DNA from: Tubulanus polymorphus
Lineage: Eukaryota > Animalia > Nemertea
NCBI RefSeq assembly: GCF_964204645.1
Contig: NW_027437455.1
Span: 38,455-102,454 of the forward strand
Length of the DNA stretch: 64,000 bases
Direction of reading: 5' to 3'
Positions 20,801 through 35,800 of the stretch are shown here, in pieces. The position numbers and the translations under genes are program-made. The notes under the pieces are model-generated. The model made no database searches. It was not told where the DNA came from and saw only the letters and a list, made by a program, of their open reading frames with translations. Numbering within the stretch: the stretch's first letter is position 1; the number at the start of each line of letters is the position of its first letter.

Positions 20801-23800
20801 TCTCGCGCTGAACGAACGTTTTCGGGTCGAAAAGTGCTTTTCCTGACGATTTGAGCGCTTTTACGCATCGACATTTTCGTTTTTCGGATAGGGGGAACAT
20901 TTGATACGAAAACGTCTTTTCTCCCGCTGAACGACGTTTTCGCGTCGAAAAGTGCTTTTCCTGACGATTTGAGCGCTTTTACGCATCGACATCGTCGTTT
21001 TTCCGATAGGGGGAATATTTGATACGAAAACGTCTTTTCTCGCGCTGAACGACGTTTTCGGGTCGAAAAGTGCTTTTCCTGACGATTTGAGCGCTTTTAC
21101 GCATCGACATTGTCGTTTTTCCGATAGGGGGAATATTTGATACGAAAACGTCTTTTCTCGCGCTGAACGACGTTTTCGGGTCGAAAAGTGCTTTTCCTGA
21201 CGATTTGAGCGCTTTTACGCATCGACATTTTCATTTTTCCGATAGGGGGAATATTTGATACGAAAACGTCTCTTCCCGCGCTGAACGAATGTTTTCGGGT
21301 CGAAAAGTGCTTTTCCTGACGATTTGAGCGCTTTTACGCATCGTCATTTTCGTTTTTCGGATAGGGGGAATATTTGATACGAAAACGTCTTTTCTCGCGC
21401 TGAACGACGTTTTCGGGTCGAAAAGTGCTTTTCCTGGCGATTTGAGCGCTTTTACGCATCGACATTTTCGTTTTTCCGATAGGGGGAATATTTGATACGA
21501 AAACGTCTTTTCTCGCGCTGAACGACGTTTTCGCGTCGAAAAGTGCTTTCCTGACGATTTGTGCGATTTTACGCATCGACATTGTCGTTTTTCCGATAGG
21601 GGGAATATTTGATACGAAAACGTCTTTTCTCGCGCTGAACGACGTTTTCGCGTCGAAAAGTGCTTTTCCTGACGATTTGAGCGCTTTTACGCATCGACAT
21701 TTTCATTTTACCGATAGGGGGATTATTTGATACGAAAACGTCTCTTCCCGCGCTGAACGAACGTTTTCGGGTCGAAAAGTGCTTTTCCTGACGATTTGAG
21801 CGCTTTTACGCATCGACATTTTCGTTTTTCGGATAGGGGGAATATTTGATACGAAAACGTCTTTTCTCGCGCTGAACGACGTTTTCGCGTCGAAAAGTGC
21901 TTTCCTGACGATTTGTGCGATTTTACGCATCGACATTGTCGTTTTTCCGATAGGGGGAATATTTGATACGAAAACGTCTTTTCTCGCGCTGAACGACGTT
22001 TTCGCGTCGAAAAGTGCTTTTCCTGACGATTTGAGCGCTTTTACGCATCGACATTGTCGTTTTTCCGATAGGGGGAATATTTGATACGAAAACGTCTTTT
22101 CTCGCGCTGAACGACGTTTTCGCGTCGAAAAGTGCTTTTCCTGACGATTTGAGCGCTTTTACGCATCGACATTTTCATTTTTCCGATAGGGGGAATATTT
22201 GATACGAAAACGTCTTTTCTCGCGCTGAACGACGTTTTCGGGTCGAAAAGTGCTTTTCCTGACGATTTGAGCGCTTTTACGCATCGACATTGTCGTTTTT
22301 CCGATAGGGGGAATATTTGATACGAAAACGTCTTTTCTCGCGCTGAACGACGTTTTCGCGTCGAAAAGTGCTTTTCCTGACGATTTGAGCGCTTTTACGC
22401 ATCGACATTGTCGTTTTTCCGATAGGGGGAATATTTGATACGAAAACGTCTTTTCTCGCGCTGAAAGACGTTTTCGGGTCGAAAAGTGCTTTTCCTGACG
22501 ATTTGAGCGCTTTTACGCATCGACATTTTCGTTTTTCGGATAGGGGGAATATTTGATACGAAAACGTCTTTTCTCGCGCTAAACGACGTTTTCGCGTCGA
22601 AAAGTGCTTTTCCTGACGATTTGAGCGCTTTTACGCATCGACATTGTCGTTTTTCTGATAGGGGGAATATTTGATACGAAAACGTCTTTTCTCGCGCATA
22701 ACGACGTTTTCGGGTCGAAAAGTGCTTTTCCTGACGATTTGAGCGCTTTTACGCATCGACATTGTCGTTTTTCCGATAGGGGGAATATTTGATACGAAAA
22801 CGTCTTTTCTCGCGCTGAACGACGTTTTCGCGTCGAAAAGTGCTTTTCCCGACGATTTGAGCGCTTTTACGCATCGACATTTTCATTTTTCCGATAGGGG
22901 GAATATTTGATACAAAAACGTCTCTTCCCGCGCTGAACGAACGTTTTCGGGTCGAAAAGTGCTTTTCCTGACGATTTGAGCGCTTTTACGCATCGACATT
23001 TTCGTTTTTCGGATAGGGGGAATATTTGATACGAAAACGTCTTTTCTCGCGCTTAACGACGTTTTCGCGTCGAAAAGTGCTTTTCCTGACGATTTGAGCG
23101 CTTTTACGCATCGACATTTTCATTTTTCCGATAGGGGGAATATTTGATACGAAAACGTCTCTTCTCGCGCTGAACGAACGTTTTCGGGTCGAAAAGTGCT
23201 TTTCCTGACGATTTGAGCGCTTTTACGCATCGACATTTTCGTTTTTCGGATAGGGGGAACATTTGATACGAAAACGTCTTTTCTCCCGCTGAACGACGTT
23301 TTCGCGTCGAAAAGTGCTTTTCCTGACGATTTGAGCGCTTTTACGCATCGACATTGTCGTTTTTCCGATAGGGGGAATATTTGATACGAAAACGTCTTTT
23401 CTCGCGCTGAACGACGTTTTCGGGTCGAAAAGTGCTTTTCCTGACGATTTGAGCGCTTTTACGCATCGACATTGTCGTTTTTCCGATAGGGGGAATATTT
23501 GATACGAAAACGTCTTTTCTCGCGCTGAACGACATTTTCGGGTCGAAAAGTGCTTTTCCTGACGATTTGAGCGCTTTTACGCATCGACATTTTCATTTTT
23601 CCGATAGGGGGAATATTTGATACGAAAACGTCTCTTCCCGCGCTGAACGAATGTTTTCGGGTCGAAAAGTGCTTTTCCTGACGATTTGAGCGCTTTTACG
23701 CATCGTCATTTTCGTTTTTCGGATAGGGGGAATATTTGATACGAAAACGTCTTTTCTCGCGCTGAACGACGTTTTCGGGTCGAAAAGTGCTTTTCCTGGC

Positions 23801-26800
23801 GATTTGAGCGCTTTTACGCATCGACATTTTCGTTTTTCCGATAGGGGGAATATTTGATACGAAAACGTCTTTTCTCGCGCTGAACGACGTTTTCGCGTCG
23901 AAAAGTGCTTTCCTGACGATTTGTGCGATTTTACGCATCGACATTGTCGTTTTTCCGATAGGGGGAATATTTGATACGAAAACGTCTTTTCTCGCGCTGA
24001 ACGACGTTTTCGCGTCGAAAAGTGCTTTTCCTGACGATTTGAGCGCTTTTACGCATCGACATTTTCATTTTACCGATAGGGGGATTATTTGATACGAAAA
24101 CGTCTCTTCCCGCGCTGAACGAACGTTTTCGGGTCGAAAAGTGCTTTTCCTGACGATTTGAGCGCTTTTACGCATCGACATTTTCGTTTTTCGGATAGGG
24201 GGAATATTTGATACGAAAACGTCTTTTCTCGCGCTGAACGACGTTTTCGCGTCGAAAAGTGCTTTCCTGACGATTTGAGCGCTTTTACGCATCGACATTT
24301 TCGTTTTTCGGATAGGGGGAATATTTGATACGAAAACGTCTTTTCTCGCGCTGAACGACGTTTTCGGGTCGAAAAGTGCTTTTCCTGGCGATTTGAGCGC
24401 TTTTACGCATCGACATTTTCGTTTTTCCGATAGGGGGAATATTTGATACGAAAACGTCTTTTCTCGCGCTGAACGACGTTTTCGGGTCGAAAAGTGCTTT
24501 TCCTGGCGATTTGAGCGCTTTTACGCATCGACATTTTCGTTTTTCCGATAGGGGGAATATTTGATACGAAAACGTCTTTTCTCGCGCTGAACGACGTTTT
24601 CGCGTCGAAAAGTGCTTTCCTGACGATTTGAGCGATTTTACGCATCGACATTGTCGTTTTTCCGATAGGGGGAATATTTGGTACGAAAACGTCTTTTCTC
24701 GCGCTGAACGACGTTTTCGGGTCGAAAAGTGCTTTTCCTGACGATTTGAGCGCTTTTACGCATCGACATTTTCGTTTTTCCGATAGGGGGAATATTTGAT
24801 ACGAAAACGTCTCTTCCCGCGCTGAACGAATGTTTTCGGGTCGAAAAGTGCTTTTCCTGACGATTTGAGCGCTTTTACGCATCGTCATTTTCGTTTTTCG
24901 GATAGGGGGAATATTTGATACGAAAACGTCTTTTCTCGCGCTGAACGACGTTTTCGGGTCGAAAAGTGCTTTTCCTGACGATTTGAGCGCTTTTACGCAT
25001 CGACATTGTCGTTTTTCCGATAGGGGGAATATTTAATACGAAAACGTCTTTTCTCGCGCTGAACGACGTTTTCGGGTCGAAAAGTGCTTTTCCCAACGAT
25101 TTGAGCGCTTTTACGCATCGACATTGTCGTTTTTCCGATAGGGGGAATATTTGATACGAAAACGTCTTTTCTCGCGCTGAACGACGTTTTCGGGTCGAAA
25201 AGTGCTTTTCCCGACGATTTGAGCGCTTTTACGCATCGACATTGTCGTTTTTCCGATAGGGGGAATATTTGATACGAAAACGTCTTTTCTCGCGCTGAAC
25301 GACGTTTTCGGGTCGAAAAGTGCTTTTCCCGACGATTTGAGCGCTTTTACGCATCGACATTGTCGTTTTTCCGATAGGGGGAATATTTGATACGAAAACG
25401 TCTTTTCTCGCGCTGAACGACGTTTTCGCGTCGAAAAGTGCTTTTCCTGACGATTTGAGCGCTTTTACGCATCGACATTGTCGTTTTTCCGATAGGGGGA
25501 ATATTTGATACGAAAACGTCTTTTCTCGCGCTGAACGACGTTTTCGGGTCGAAAAGTGATTTTCCTGACGATTTGAGCGCTTTTACGCATCGACATTGTC
25601 GTTTTTCCGATAGGGGGAATATTTGATACGAAAACGTCTTTTCTCGCGCTGAACGACGTTTTCGCGTCGAAAAGTGCTTTTCCTGACGATTTGAGCGCTT
25701 TTACGCATCGACATTTTCATTTTTCCGATAGGGGGAATATTTGATACGAAAACGTCTCTTCCCGCGCTGAACGAACGTTTTCGGGTCGAAAAGTGCTTTT
25801 CCTGACGATTTGAGCGCTTTTACGCATCGACATTTTCGTTTTTCTGATAGGGGGAATATTTGATACGAAAACGTCTTTTCTCGCGCTGAACGAACGTTTT
25901 CGGGTCGAAAAGTGCTTTTCCTGACGATTTGAGCGCTTTTACGCATCGACATTTTCGTTTTTCGGATAGGGGGAATATTTGATACGAAAACGTCTTTTCT
26001 CGCGCTGAACGACGTTTTCGCGTCGAAAAGTGCTTTTCCTGACGATTTGAGCGCTTTTACGCATCGACATTTTCGTTTTTCGGATAGGGGGAATATTTGA
26101 TACGAAAACGTCTTTTCTCGCGCTGAACGACGTTTTCGGGTCGAAAAGTGCTTTTCCTGGCGATTTGAGCGCTTTTACGCATCGACATTTTCGTTTTTCC
26201 GATAGGGGGAATATTTGATACGAAAACGTCTTTTCTCGCGCTGAACGACGTTTTCGCGTCGAAAAGTGCTTTTCCTGACGATTTGAGCGCTTTTACGCAT
26301 CGACATTTTCGTTTTTCCGATAGGGGGAATATTTGATACGAAAACGTCTTTTCTCGCGCTGAACGACGTTTTCGCGTCGAAAAGTGCTTTTCCTGACGAT
26401 TTGAGCGCTTTTACGCATCGACATTGTCGTTTTTCCGATAGGGGGAATATTTGATACGAAAACGTCTTTTCTCGCGCTGAACGACGTTTTCGGGTCGAAA
26501 AGTGCTTTTCCTGACGATTTGAGCGCTTTTACGCATCGACATTGTCGTTTTTCCGATAGGGGGAATATTTGATACGAAAACGTCTTTTCTCGCGCTGAAC
26601 GACGTTTTCGGGTCGAAAAGTGCTTTTCCTGACGATTTGAGCGCTTTTACGCATCGACATTTTCATTTTTCCGGTAGGGGGAATATTTGATACGAAAACG
26701 TCTTTTCTCGCGCTGAACGACGTTTTCGGGTCGAAAAGTGCTTTTCCTGACGATTTGAGCGCTTTTACGCATCGACATTTTCATTTTTCCGATAGGGGGA

Positions 26801-29800
26801 ATATTTGATACGAAAACGTCTCTTCCCGCGCTGAACGAATGTTTCCGGGTCGAAAAGTGCTTTTCCTGACGATTTGAGCGCTTTTACGCATCGTCATTTT
26901 CGTTTTTCGGATAGGGGGAATATTTGATACGAAAACGTCTTTTCTCGCGCTGAACGACGTTTTCGGGTCGAAAAGTGCTTTTCCTGACGATTTGAGCGCT
27001 TTTACGCATCGACATTTTCGTTTTTCCGATAGGGGGAATATTTGATACGAAAACGTCTTTTCTCGCGCTGAACGACGTTTTCGGGTCGAAAAGTGCTTTT
27101 CCTGACGATTTGAGCGCTTTTACGCATCGACATTATCGTTTTTCCGATAGGGGGAATATTTGATACGAAAACGTCTTTTCTCGCGCTGAACGACGTTTTC
27201 GGGTCGAAAAGTGCTTTTCCTGACGATTTGAGCGCTTTTACGCATCGACATTGTCGTTTTTCCGATAGGGGGAATATTTGATACGAAAACGTCTTTTCTC
27301 GCGCTGAACGACGTTTTCGGGTCGAAAAGTGCTTTTCCCGACGATTTGAGCGCTTTTACGCATCGACATTGTCGTTTTTCCGATAGGGGGAATATTTGAT
27401 ACGAAAACGTCTTTTCTCGCGCTGAACGACGTTTTCGGGTCGAAAAGTGCTTTTCCTGACGATTTGAGCGCTTTTACGCATCGACATTTTCATTTTTCCG
27501 GTAGGGGGAATATTTGATACGAAAACGTCTTTTCTCGCGCTGAACGACGTTTTCGGGTCGAAAAGTGCTTTTCCTGACGATTTGAGCGCTTTTACGCATC
27601 GACATTTTCATTTTTCCGATAGGGGGAATATTTGATACGAAAACGTCTCTTCCCGCGCTGAACGAATGTTTCCGGGTCGAAAAGTGCTTTTCCTGACGAT
27701 TTGAGCGCTTTTACGCATCGTCATTTTCGTTTTTCGGATAGGGGGAATATTTGATACGAAAACGTCTTTTCTCGCGCTGAACGACGTTTTCGGGTCGAAA
27801 AGTGCTTTTCCTGCCGATTTGAGCGCTTTTACGCATCGACATTTTCATTTTTCCGATAGGGGGAATATTTGATACGAAAACGTCTCTTCCCGCGCTGAAC
27901 GAATGTTTTCGGGTCGAAAAGTGCTTTTCCTGACGATTTGAGCGCTTTTACGCATCGTCATTTTCGTTTTTCGGATAGGGGGAATATTTGATACGAAAAC
28001 GTCTTTTCTCGCGCTGAACGACGTTTTCGGGTCGAAAAGTGCTTTTCCTGGCGATTTGAGCGCTTTTACGCATCGACATTTTCGTTTTTCCGATAGGGGG
28101 AATATTTGATACGAAAACGTCTTTTCTCGCGCTGAACGACGTTTTCGCGTCGAAAAGTGCTTTCCTGACGATTTGTGCGATTTTACGCATCGACATTGTC
28201 GTTTTTCCGATAGGGGGAATATTTGATACGAAAACGTCTTTTCTCGCGCTGAACGACGTTTTCGCGTCGAAAAGTGCTTTTCCTGACGATTTGAGCGCTT
28301 TTACGCATCGACATTTTCATTTTACCGATAGGGGGATTATTTGATAGGAAAACGTCTCTTCCCGCGCTGAACGAACGTTTTCGGGTCGAAAAGTGCTTTT
28401 CCTGACGATTTGAGCGCTTTTACGCATCGACATTTTCGTTTTTCGGATAGGGGGAATATTTGATACGAAAACGTCTTTTCTCGCGCTGAACGACGTTTTC
28501 GCGTCGAAAAGTGCTTTCCTCACGATTTGAGCGCTTTTACGCATCGACATTGTCGTTTGTCCGATAGGGGGAATATTTGATACGAAAACGTCTTTTCACG
28601 CGCTGAACGACGTTTTCGCGTCGAAAAGTGCTTTTCCTGACGATTTGAGCGCTTTTACGCATCGACATTTTCGTTTTTCCGATAGGGGGAATATTTGATA
28701 CGAAACGTCTTTTCTCGCGCTGAACGAACGTTTTCGGGTCGAAAAGTGCTTTTCCTGACGATTTGAGCGCTTTTACGCATCGACATTGTCGTTTTTCGGA
28801 TAGGGGGAATATTTGATACGAAAACGTCTTTTCTCGCGCTGAACGACGTTTTCGGGTCGAAAAGTGCTTTCCTGACGATTTGAGCGCTTTTACGCATCGA
28901 CATTGTCGTTTTTCCGATAGGGGGGAATATTTATACGAAAACGTCTTTTCTCGCGCTGAACGACGTTTTCGCGTCGAAAAGTGCTTTTCCTGACGATTTG
29001 AGCGCTTTTACGCATCGACATTTTCGTTTTTCGGATAGGGGGAATATTTGATACGAAAACGTCTTTTCTCGCGCTGAACGACGTTTTCGCGTCGAAAAGT
29101 GCTTTTCCTGACGATTTGAGCGCTTCTACGCATCGACATTTCGTTTTTCCGATAGGGGGAATATTTGATACGAAAACGTCTTTTCCCGCGCTGAACGACG
29201 TTTTCGGGTCGAAAAGTGCTTTTCCTGACGATTTGAGCGCTTTTACGCATCGACATTGTCGTTTTTCGGATAGGGGGAATATTTGATACGAAAACGTCTT
29301 TTCTCGCGCTGAACGACGTTTTCGGGTCGAAAAGTGCTTTTCCTGACGATTTGAGCGCTTTTACGCATCGACATTGTCGTTTTTCCGATAGGGGGAATAT
29401 TTAATACGAAAACGTCTTTTCTCGCGCTGAACGACGTTTTCGGGTCGAAAAGTGCTTTTCCCAACGATTTGAGCGCTTTTACGCATCGACATTGTCGTTT
29501 TTCCGATAGGGGGAATATTTGATACGAAAACGTCTTTTCTCGAGCTGAACGACGTTTTCGGGTCGAAAAGTGCTTTTCCCGACGATTTGAGCGCTTTTAC
29601 GCATCGACGTTGTCGTTTTTCCGATAGGGGGAATATTTGATACGAAAACGTCTTTTCTCGCGCTGAACGACGTTTTCGGGTCGAAAAGTGCTTTTCCCGA
29701 CGATTTGAGCGCTTTTACGCATCGACATTGTCGTTTTTCCGATAGGGGGAATATTTGATACGAAAACGTCTTTTCTCGCGCTGAACGACGTTTTCGCGTC

Positions 29801-32800
29801 GAAAAGTGCTTTTCCTGACGATTTGAGCGCTTTTACGCATCGACATTGTCGTTTTTCCGATAGGGGGAATATTTGATACGAAAACGTCTTTTCTCGCGCT
29901 GAACGACGTTTTCGGGTCGAAAAGTGCTTTTCCTGACGATTTGAGCGCTTTTACGCATCGACATTGTCGTTTTTCCGATAGGGGGAATATTTGATACGAA
30001 AACGTCTCTTCCCGCGCTGAACGAACGTTTTCGGGTCGAAAAGTGCTTTTCCTGACGATTTGAGCGCTTTTACGCATCGACATTTTCGTTTTTCTGATAG
30101 GGGGAATATTTGATACGAAAAACGTCTTTTCTCGCGCTGAACGAACGTTTTCGGGTCGAAAAGTGCTTTTCCTGACGATTTGAGCGCTTTTACGCATCGA
30201 CATTTTCGTTTTTCGGATAGGGGGAATATTTGATACGAAAACGTCTTTTCTCGCGCTGAACGACGTTTTCGCGTCGAAAAGTGCTTTTCCTGACGATTTG
30301 AGCGCTTTTACGCATCGACATTTTCGTTTTTCGGATAGGGGGAATATTTGATACGAAAACGTCTTTTCTCGCGCTGAACGACGTTTTCGGGTCGAAAAGT
30401 GCTTTTCCTGGCGATTTGAGCGCTTTTACGCATCGACATTTTCGTTTTTCCGATAGGGGGAATATTTGATACGAAAACGTCTTTTCTCGCGCTGAACGAC
30501 GTTTTCGCGTCGAAAAGTGCTTTTCCTGACGATTTGAGCGCTTTTACGCATCGACATTGTCGTTTTTCCGATAGGGGGAATATTTGATACGAAAACGTCT
30601 TTTCTCGCGCTGAACGACGTTTTCGGGTCGAAAAGTGCTTTTCCCGACGATTTGAGCGCTTTTACGCATCGACATTGTCGTTTTTCCGATAGGGGGAATA
30701 TTTGATACGAAAACGTCTTTTCTCGCGCTGAACGACGTTTTCGGGTCGAAAAGTGCTTTTCCTGACGATTTGAGCGCTTTTACGCATCGACATTTTCATT
30801 TTTCCGGTAGGGGGAATATTTGATACGAAAACGTCTTTTCTCGCGCTGAACGACGTTTTCGGGTCGAAAAGTGCTTTTCCTGACGATTTGAGCGCTTTTA
30901 CGCATCGACATTTTCATTTTTCCGATAGGGGGAATATTTGATACGAAAACGTCTCTTCCCGCGCTGAACGAATGTTTCCGGGTCGAAAAGTGCTTTTCCT
31001 GACGATTTGAGCGCTTTTACGCATCGTCATTTTCGTTTTTCGGATAGGGGGAATATTTGATACGAAAACGTCTTTTCTCGCGCTGAACGACGTTTTCGGG
31101 TCGAAAAGTGCTTTTCCTGGCGATTTGAGCGCTTTTACGCATCGACATTTTCGTTTTTCCGATAGGGGGAATATTTGATACGAAAACGTCTTTTCTCGCG
31201 CTGAACGACGTTTTCGCGTCGAAAAGTGCTTTCCTGACGATTTGAGCGATTTTACGCATCGACATTGTCGTTTTTCCGATAGGGGGAATATTTGATACGA
31301 AAACGTCTTTTCTCGCGCTGAACGACGTTTTCGCGTCGAAAAGTGCTTTTCCTGACGATTTGAGCGCTTTTACGCATCGACATTTTCATTTTTCCGATAG
31401 GGGGATTATTTGATACGAAAACGTCTCTTCCCGCGCTGAACGAACGTTTTCGGGTCGAAAAGTGCTTTTCCTGACGATTTGAGCGCTTTTACGCATCGAC
31501 ATTTTCGTTTTTCGGATAGGGGGAATATTTGATACGAAAACGTCTTTTCTCGCGCTGAACGACGTTTTCGCGTCGAAAAGTGCTTTTCCTGGCGATTTGA
31601 GCGCATTACGCATCGACATTTTCGTTTTTCCGATAGGGGGAATATTTGATACGAAAACGTCTTTTCTCGCGCTGAACGACGTTTTCGCGTCGAAAAGTGC
31701 TTTTCCTGACGATTTGAGCGCTTTTACGCATCGACATTGTCGTTTTTCCGATAGGGGGAATATTTGATACGAAAACGTCTTTTCTCGCGCTGAACGACGT
31801 TTTCGGGTCGAAAAGTGCTTTTCCCGACGATTTGAGCGCTTTTACGCATCGACATTGTCGTTTTTCCGATAGGGGGAATATTTGATACGAAAACGTCTTT
31901 TCTCGCGCTGAACGACGTTTTCGCGTCGAAAAGTGCTTTTCCTGACGATTTGAGCGCTTTTACGCATCGACATTTTCATTTTTCCGATAGGGGGAATATT
32001 CGATACGAAAACGTCTCTTCCCGCGCTGAACGAACGTTTTCGGGTCGAAAAGTGCTTTTCCTGACGATTTGAGCGCTTTTACGCATCGACATTTTCGTTT
32101 TTCCGATAGGGGGAATATTTGATACGAAAACGTCTTTTCTCGCGCTGAACGACGTTTTCGCGTCGAAAAGTGCTTTTCCCGACGATTTGAGCGCTTTTAC
32201 GCATCGACATTGTCGTTTTTCCGATAGGGGGAATATTTGATACGAAAACGTCTTTTCTCGCGCTGAACGACGTTTTCGGGTCGAAAAGTGCTTTTCCCGA
32301 CGATTTGAGCGCTTTTACGCATCGACATTGTCGTTTTTCCGATAGGGGGAATATTTGATACGAAAACGTCTTTTCTCGCGCTGACCGACGTTTTCGCGTC
32401 GAAAAGTGCTTTTCCTGACGATTTGAGCGCTTTTACGCATCGACATTTTCATTTTTCCGATAGGGGGAATATTTGATACGAAAACGTCTCTTCCCGCGCT
32501 GAACGAACGTTTTCGGGTCGAAAAGTGCTTTTCCTGACGATTTGAGCGCTTTTACGCATCGACATTTTCGTTTTTCGGATAGGGGGAATATTTGATACGA
32601 AAACGTCTTTTCTCGCGCTGAACGACGTTTTCGCGTCGAAAAGTGCTTTTCCGAAAGATTTGAGCGCTTTTACGCATCGACATTTTCATTTTTCCGATAG
32701 GGGGAATATTTGATACGAAAACGTCTCTTCCCGCGCTGAACGAACGTTTTCGGGTCGAAAAGTGCTTTTCCTGACGATTTGAGCGCTTTTACGCATCGAC

Positions 32801-35800
32801 ATTTACGTTTTTCGGATAGGGGGAATATTTGATACGAAAACGTCTTTTCTCCCGCTGAACGACGTTTTCGCGTCGAAAAGTGCTTTTCCTGACGATTTGA
32901 GCGCTTTTACGCATCGACATTGTCGTTTTTCCGATAGGGGGAATATTTGATACGAAAACGTCTTTTCTCGCGCTGAACGACGTTTTCGCGTCGAAAAGTG
33001 CTTTTCCTGACGATTTGAGCGCTTTTACGCATCGACATTGTCGTTTTTCCGATAGGGAGAATATTTGATACGAAAACGTCTTTTCTCGCGCTGAACGACG
33101 TTTTCGGGTCGAAAAGTGCTTTTCCTGACGATTTGAGCGCTTTTACGCATCGACATTGTCGTTTTTCCGATAGGGGGAATATTTGATACGAAAACGTCTT
33201 TTCTCGCGCTGAACGACGTTTTCGGGTCGAAAAGTGCTTTTCCTGACGATTTGAGCGCTTTTACGCATCGACATTTTCATTTTTCCGATAGGGGGAATAT
33301 TTGATACGAAAACGTCTTTTCTCGCGCTGAACGACGTTTTCGGGTCGAAAAGTGCTTTTCCTGACGATTTGAGCGCTTTTACGCATCGACATTGTCGTTT
33401 TTCCGATAGGGGGAATATTTGATACGAAAACGTCTTTTCTCGCGCTGAACGACGTTTTCGCGTCGAAAAGTGCTTTTCCTGACGATTTGAGCGCTTTTAC
33501 GCATCGACATTGTCGTTTTTCCGATAGGGGGAATATTTGATACGAAAACGTCTTTTCTCGCGCTGAACGACGTTTTCGGGTCGAAAAGTGCTTTTCCTGA
33601 CGATTTGAGCGCTTTTACGCATCGACATTTTCGTTTTTCCGATAGGGGGAATATTTGATACGAAAACGTCTTTTCTCGCGCTGAACGACGTTTTCGCGTC
33701 GAAAAGTGCTTTTCCTGACGATTTGAGCGCTTTTACGCATCGACATTGTCGTTTTTCTGATAGGGGGAATATTTGATACGAAAACGTCTTTTCTCGCGCT
33801 GACCGACGTTTTCGCGTCGAAAAGTGCTTTTCCTGACGATTTGAGCGCTTTTACGCATCGACATTTTCATTTTTCCGATAGGGGGAATATTTGATACGAA
33901 AACGTCTCTTCCCGCGCTGAACGAACGTTTTCGGGTCGAAAAGTGCTTTTCCTGACGATTTGAGCGCTTTTACGCATCGACATTTTCGTTTTTCGGATAG
34001 GGGGAATATTTGATACGAAAACGTCTTTTCTCGCGCTGAACGACGTTTTCGCGTCGAAAAGTGCTTTTCCGAAAGATTTGAGCGCTTTTACGCATCGACA
34101 TTTTCATTTTTCCGATAGGGGGAATATTTGATACGAAAACGTCTCTTCCCGCGCTGAACGAACGTTTTCGGGTCGAAAAGTGCTTTTCCTGACGATTTGA
34201 GCGCTTTTACGCATCGACATTTACGTTTTTCGGATAGGGGGAATATTTGATACGAAAACGTCTTTTCTCCCGCTGAACGACGTTTTCGCGTCGAAAAGTG
34301 CTTTTCCTGACGATTTGAGCGCTTTTACGCATCGACATTGTCGTTTTTCCGATAGGGGGAATATTTGATACGAAAACGTCTTTTCTCGCGCTGAACGACG
34401 TTTTCGCGTCGAAAAGTGCTTTTCCTGACGATTTGAGCGCTTTTACGCATCGACATTGTCGTTTTTCCGATAGGGAGAATATTTGATACGAAAACGTCTT
34501 TTCTCGCGCTGAACGACGTTTTCGGGTCGAAAAGTGCTTTTCCTGACGATTTGAGCGCTTTTACGCATCGACATTGTCGTTTTTCCGATAGGGGGAATAT
34601 TTGATACGAAAACGTCTTTTCTCGCGCTGAACGACGTTTTCGGGTCGAAAAGTGCTTTTCCTGACGATTTGAGCGCTTTTACGCATCGACATTTTCATTT
34701 TTCCGATAGGGGGAATATTTGATACGAAAACGTCTTTTCTCGCGCTGAACGACGTTTTCGGGTCGAAAAGTGCTTTTCCTGACGATTTGAGCGCTTTTAC
34801 GCATCGACATTGTCGTTTTTCCGATAGGGGGAATATTTGATACGAAAACGTCTTTTCTCGCGCTGAACGACGTTTTCGCGTCGAAAAGTGCTTTTCCTGA
34901 CGATTTGAGCGCTTTTACGCATCGACATTGTCGTTTTTCCGATAGGGGGAATATTTGATACGAAAACGTCTTTTCTCGCGCTGAACGACGTTTTCGGGTC
35001 GAAAAGTGCTTTTCCTGACGATTTGAGCGCTTTTACGCATCGACATTTTCGTTTTTCCGATAGGGGGAATATTTGATACGAAAACGTCTTTTCTCGCGCT
35101 GAACGACGTTTTCGCGTCGAAAAGTGCTTTTCCTGACGATTTGAGCGCTTTTACGCATCGACATTGTCGTTTTTCTGATAGGGGGAATATTTGATACGAA
35201 AACGTCTTTTCTCGCGCTGAACGACGTTTTCGCGTCGAAAAGTGCTTTTCCTGACGATTTGAGCGCTTTTACGCATCGACATTTTCATTTTTCCGATAGG
35301 GGGAATATTTGATACGAAAACGTCTTTTCTCGCGCTGAACGACGTTTTCGCGTCGAAAAGTGCTTTTCCTGACGATTTGAGCGCTTTTACGCATCGACAT
35401 TTTCATTTTTCCGATAGGGGGAATATTTGATACGAAAACGTCTTTTCTCGCGCTGAACGACGTTTTCGCGTCGAAAAGTGCTTTTCCTGACGATTTGAGC
35501 GCTTTTACGCATCGACATTGTCGTTTTTCCGATAGGGGGAATATTTGATACGAAAACGTCTTTTCTCGCGCTGAACGACGTTTTCGCGTCGAAAAGTGCT
35601 TTTCCTGACGATTTGAGCGCTTTTACGCATCGACATTGTCGTTTTTCCGATAGGGAGAATATTTGATACGAAAACGTCTTTTCTCGCGCTGAACGACGTT
35701 TTCGGGTCGAAAAGTGCTTTTCCTGACGATTTGAGCGCTTTTACGCATCGACATTGTCGTTTTTCCGATAGGGGGAATATTTGATACGAAAACGTCTTTT

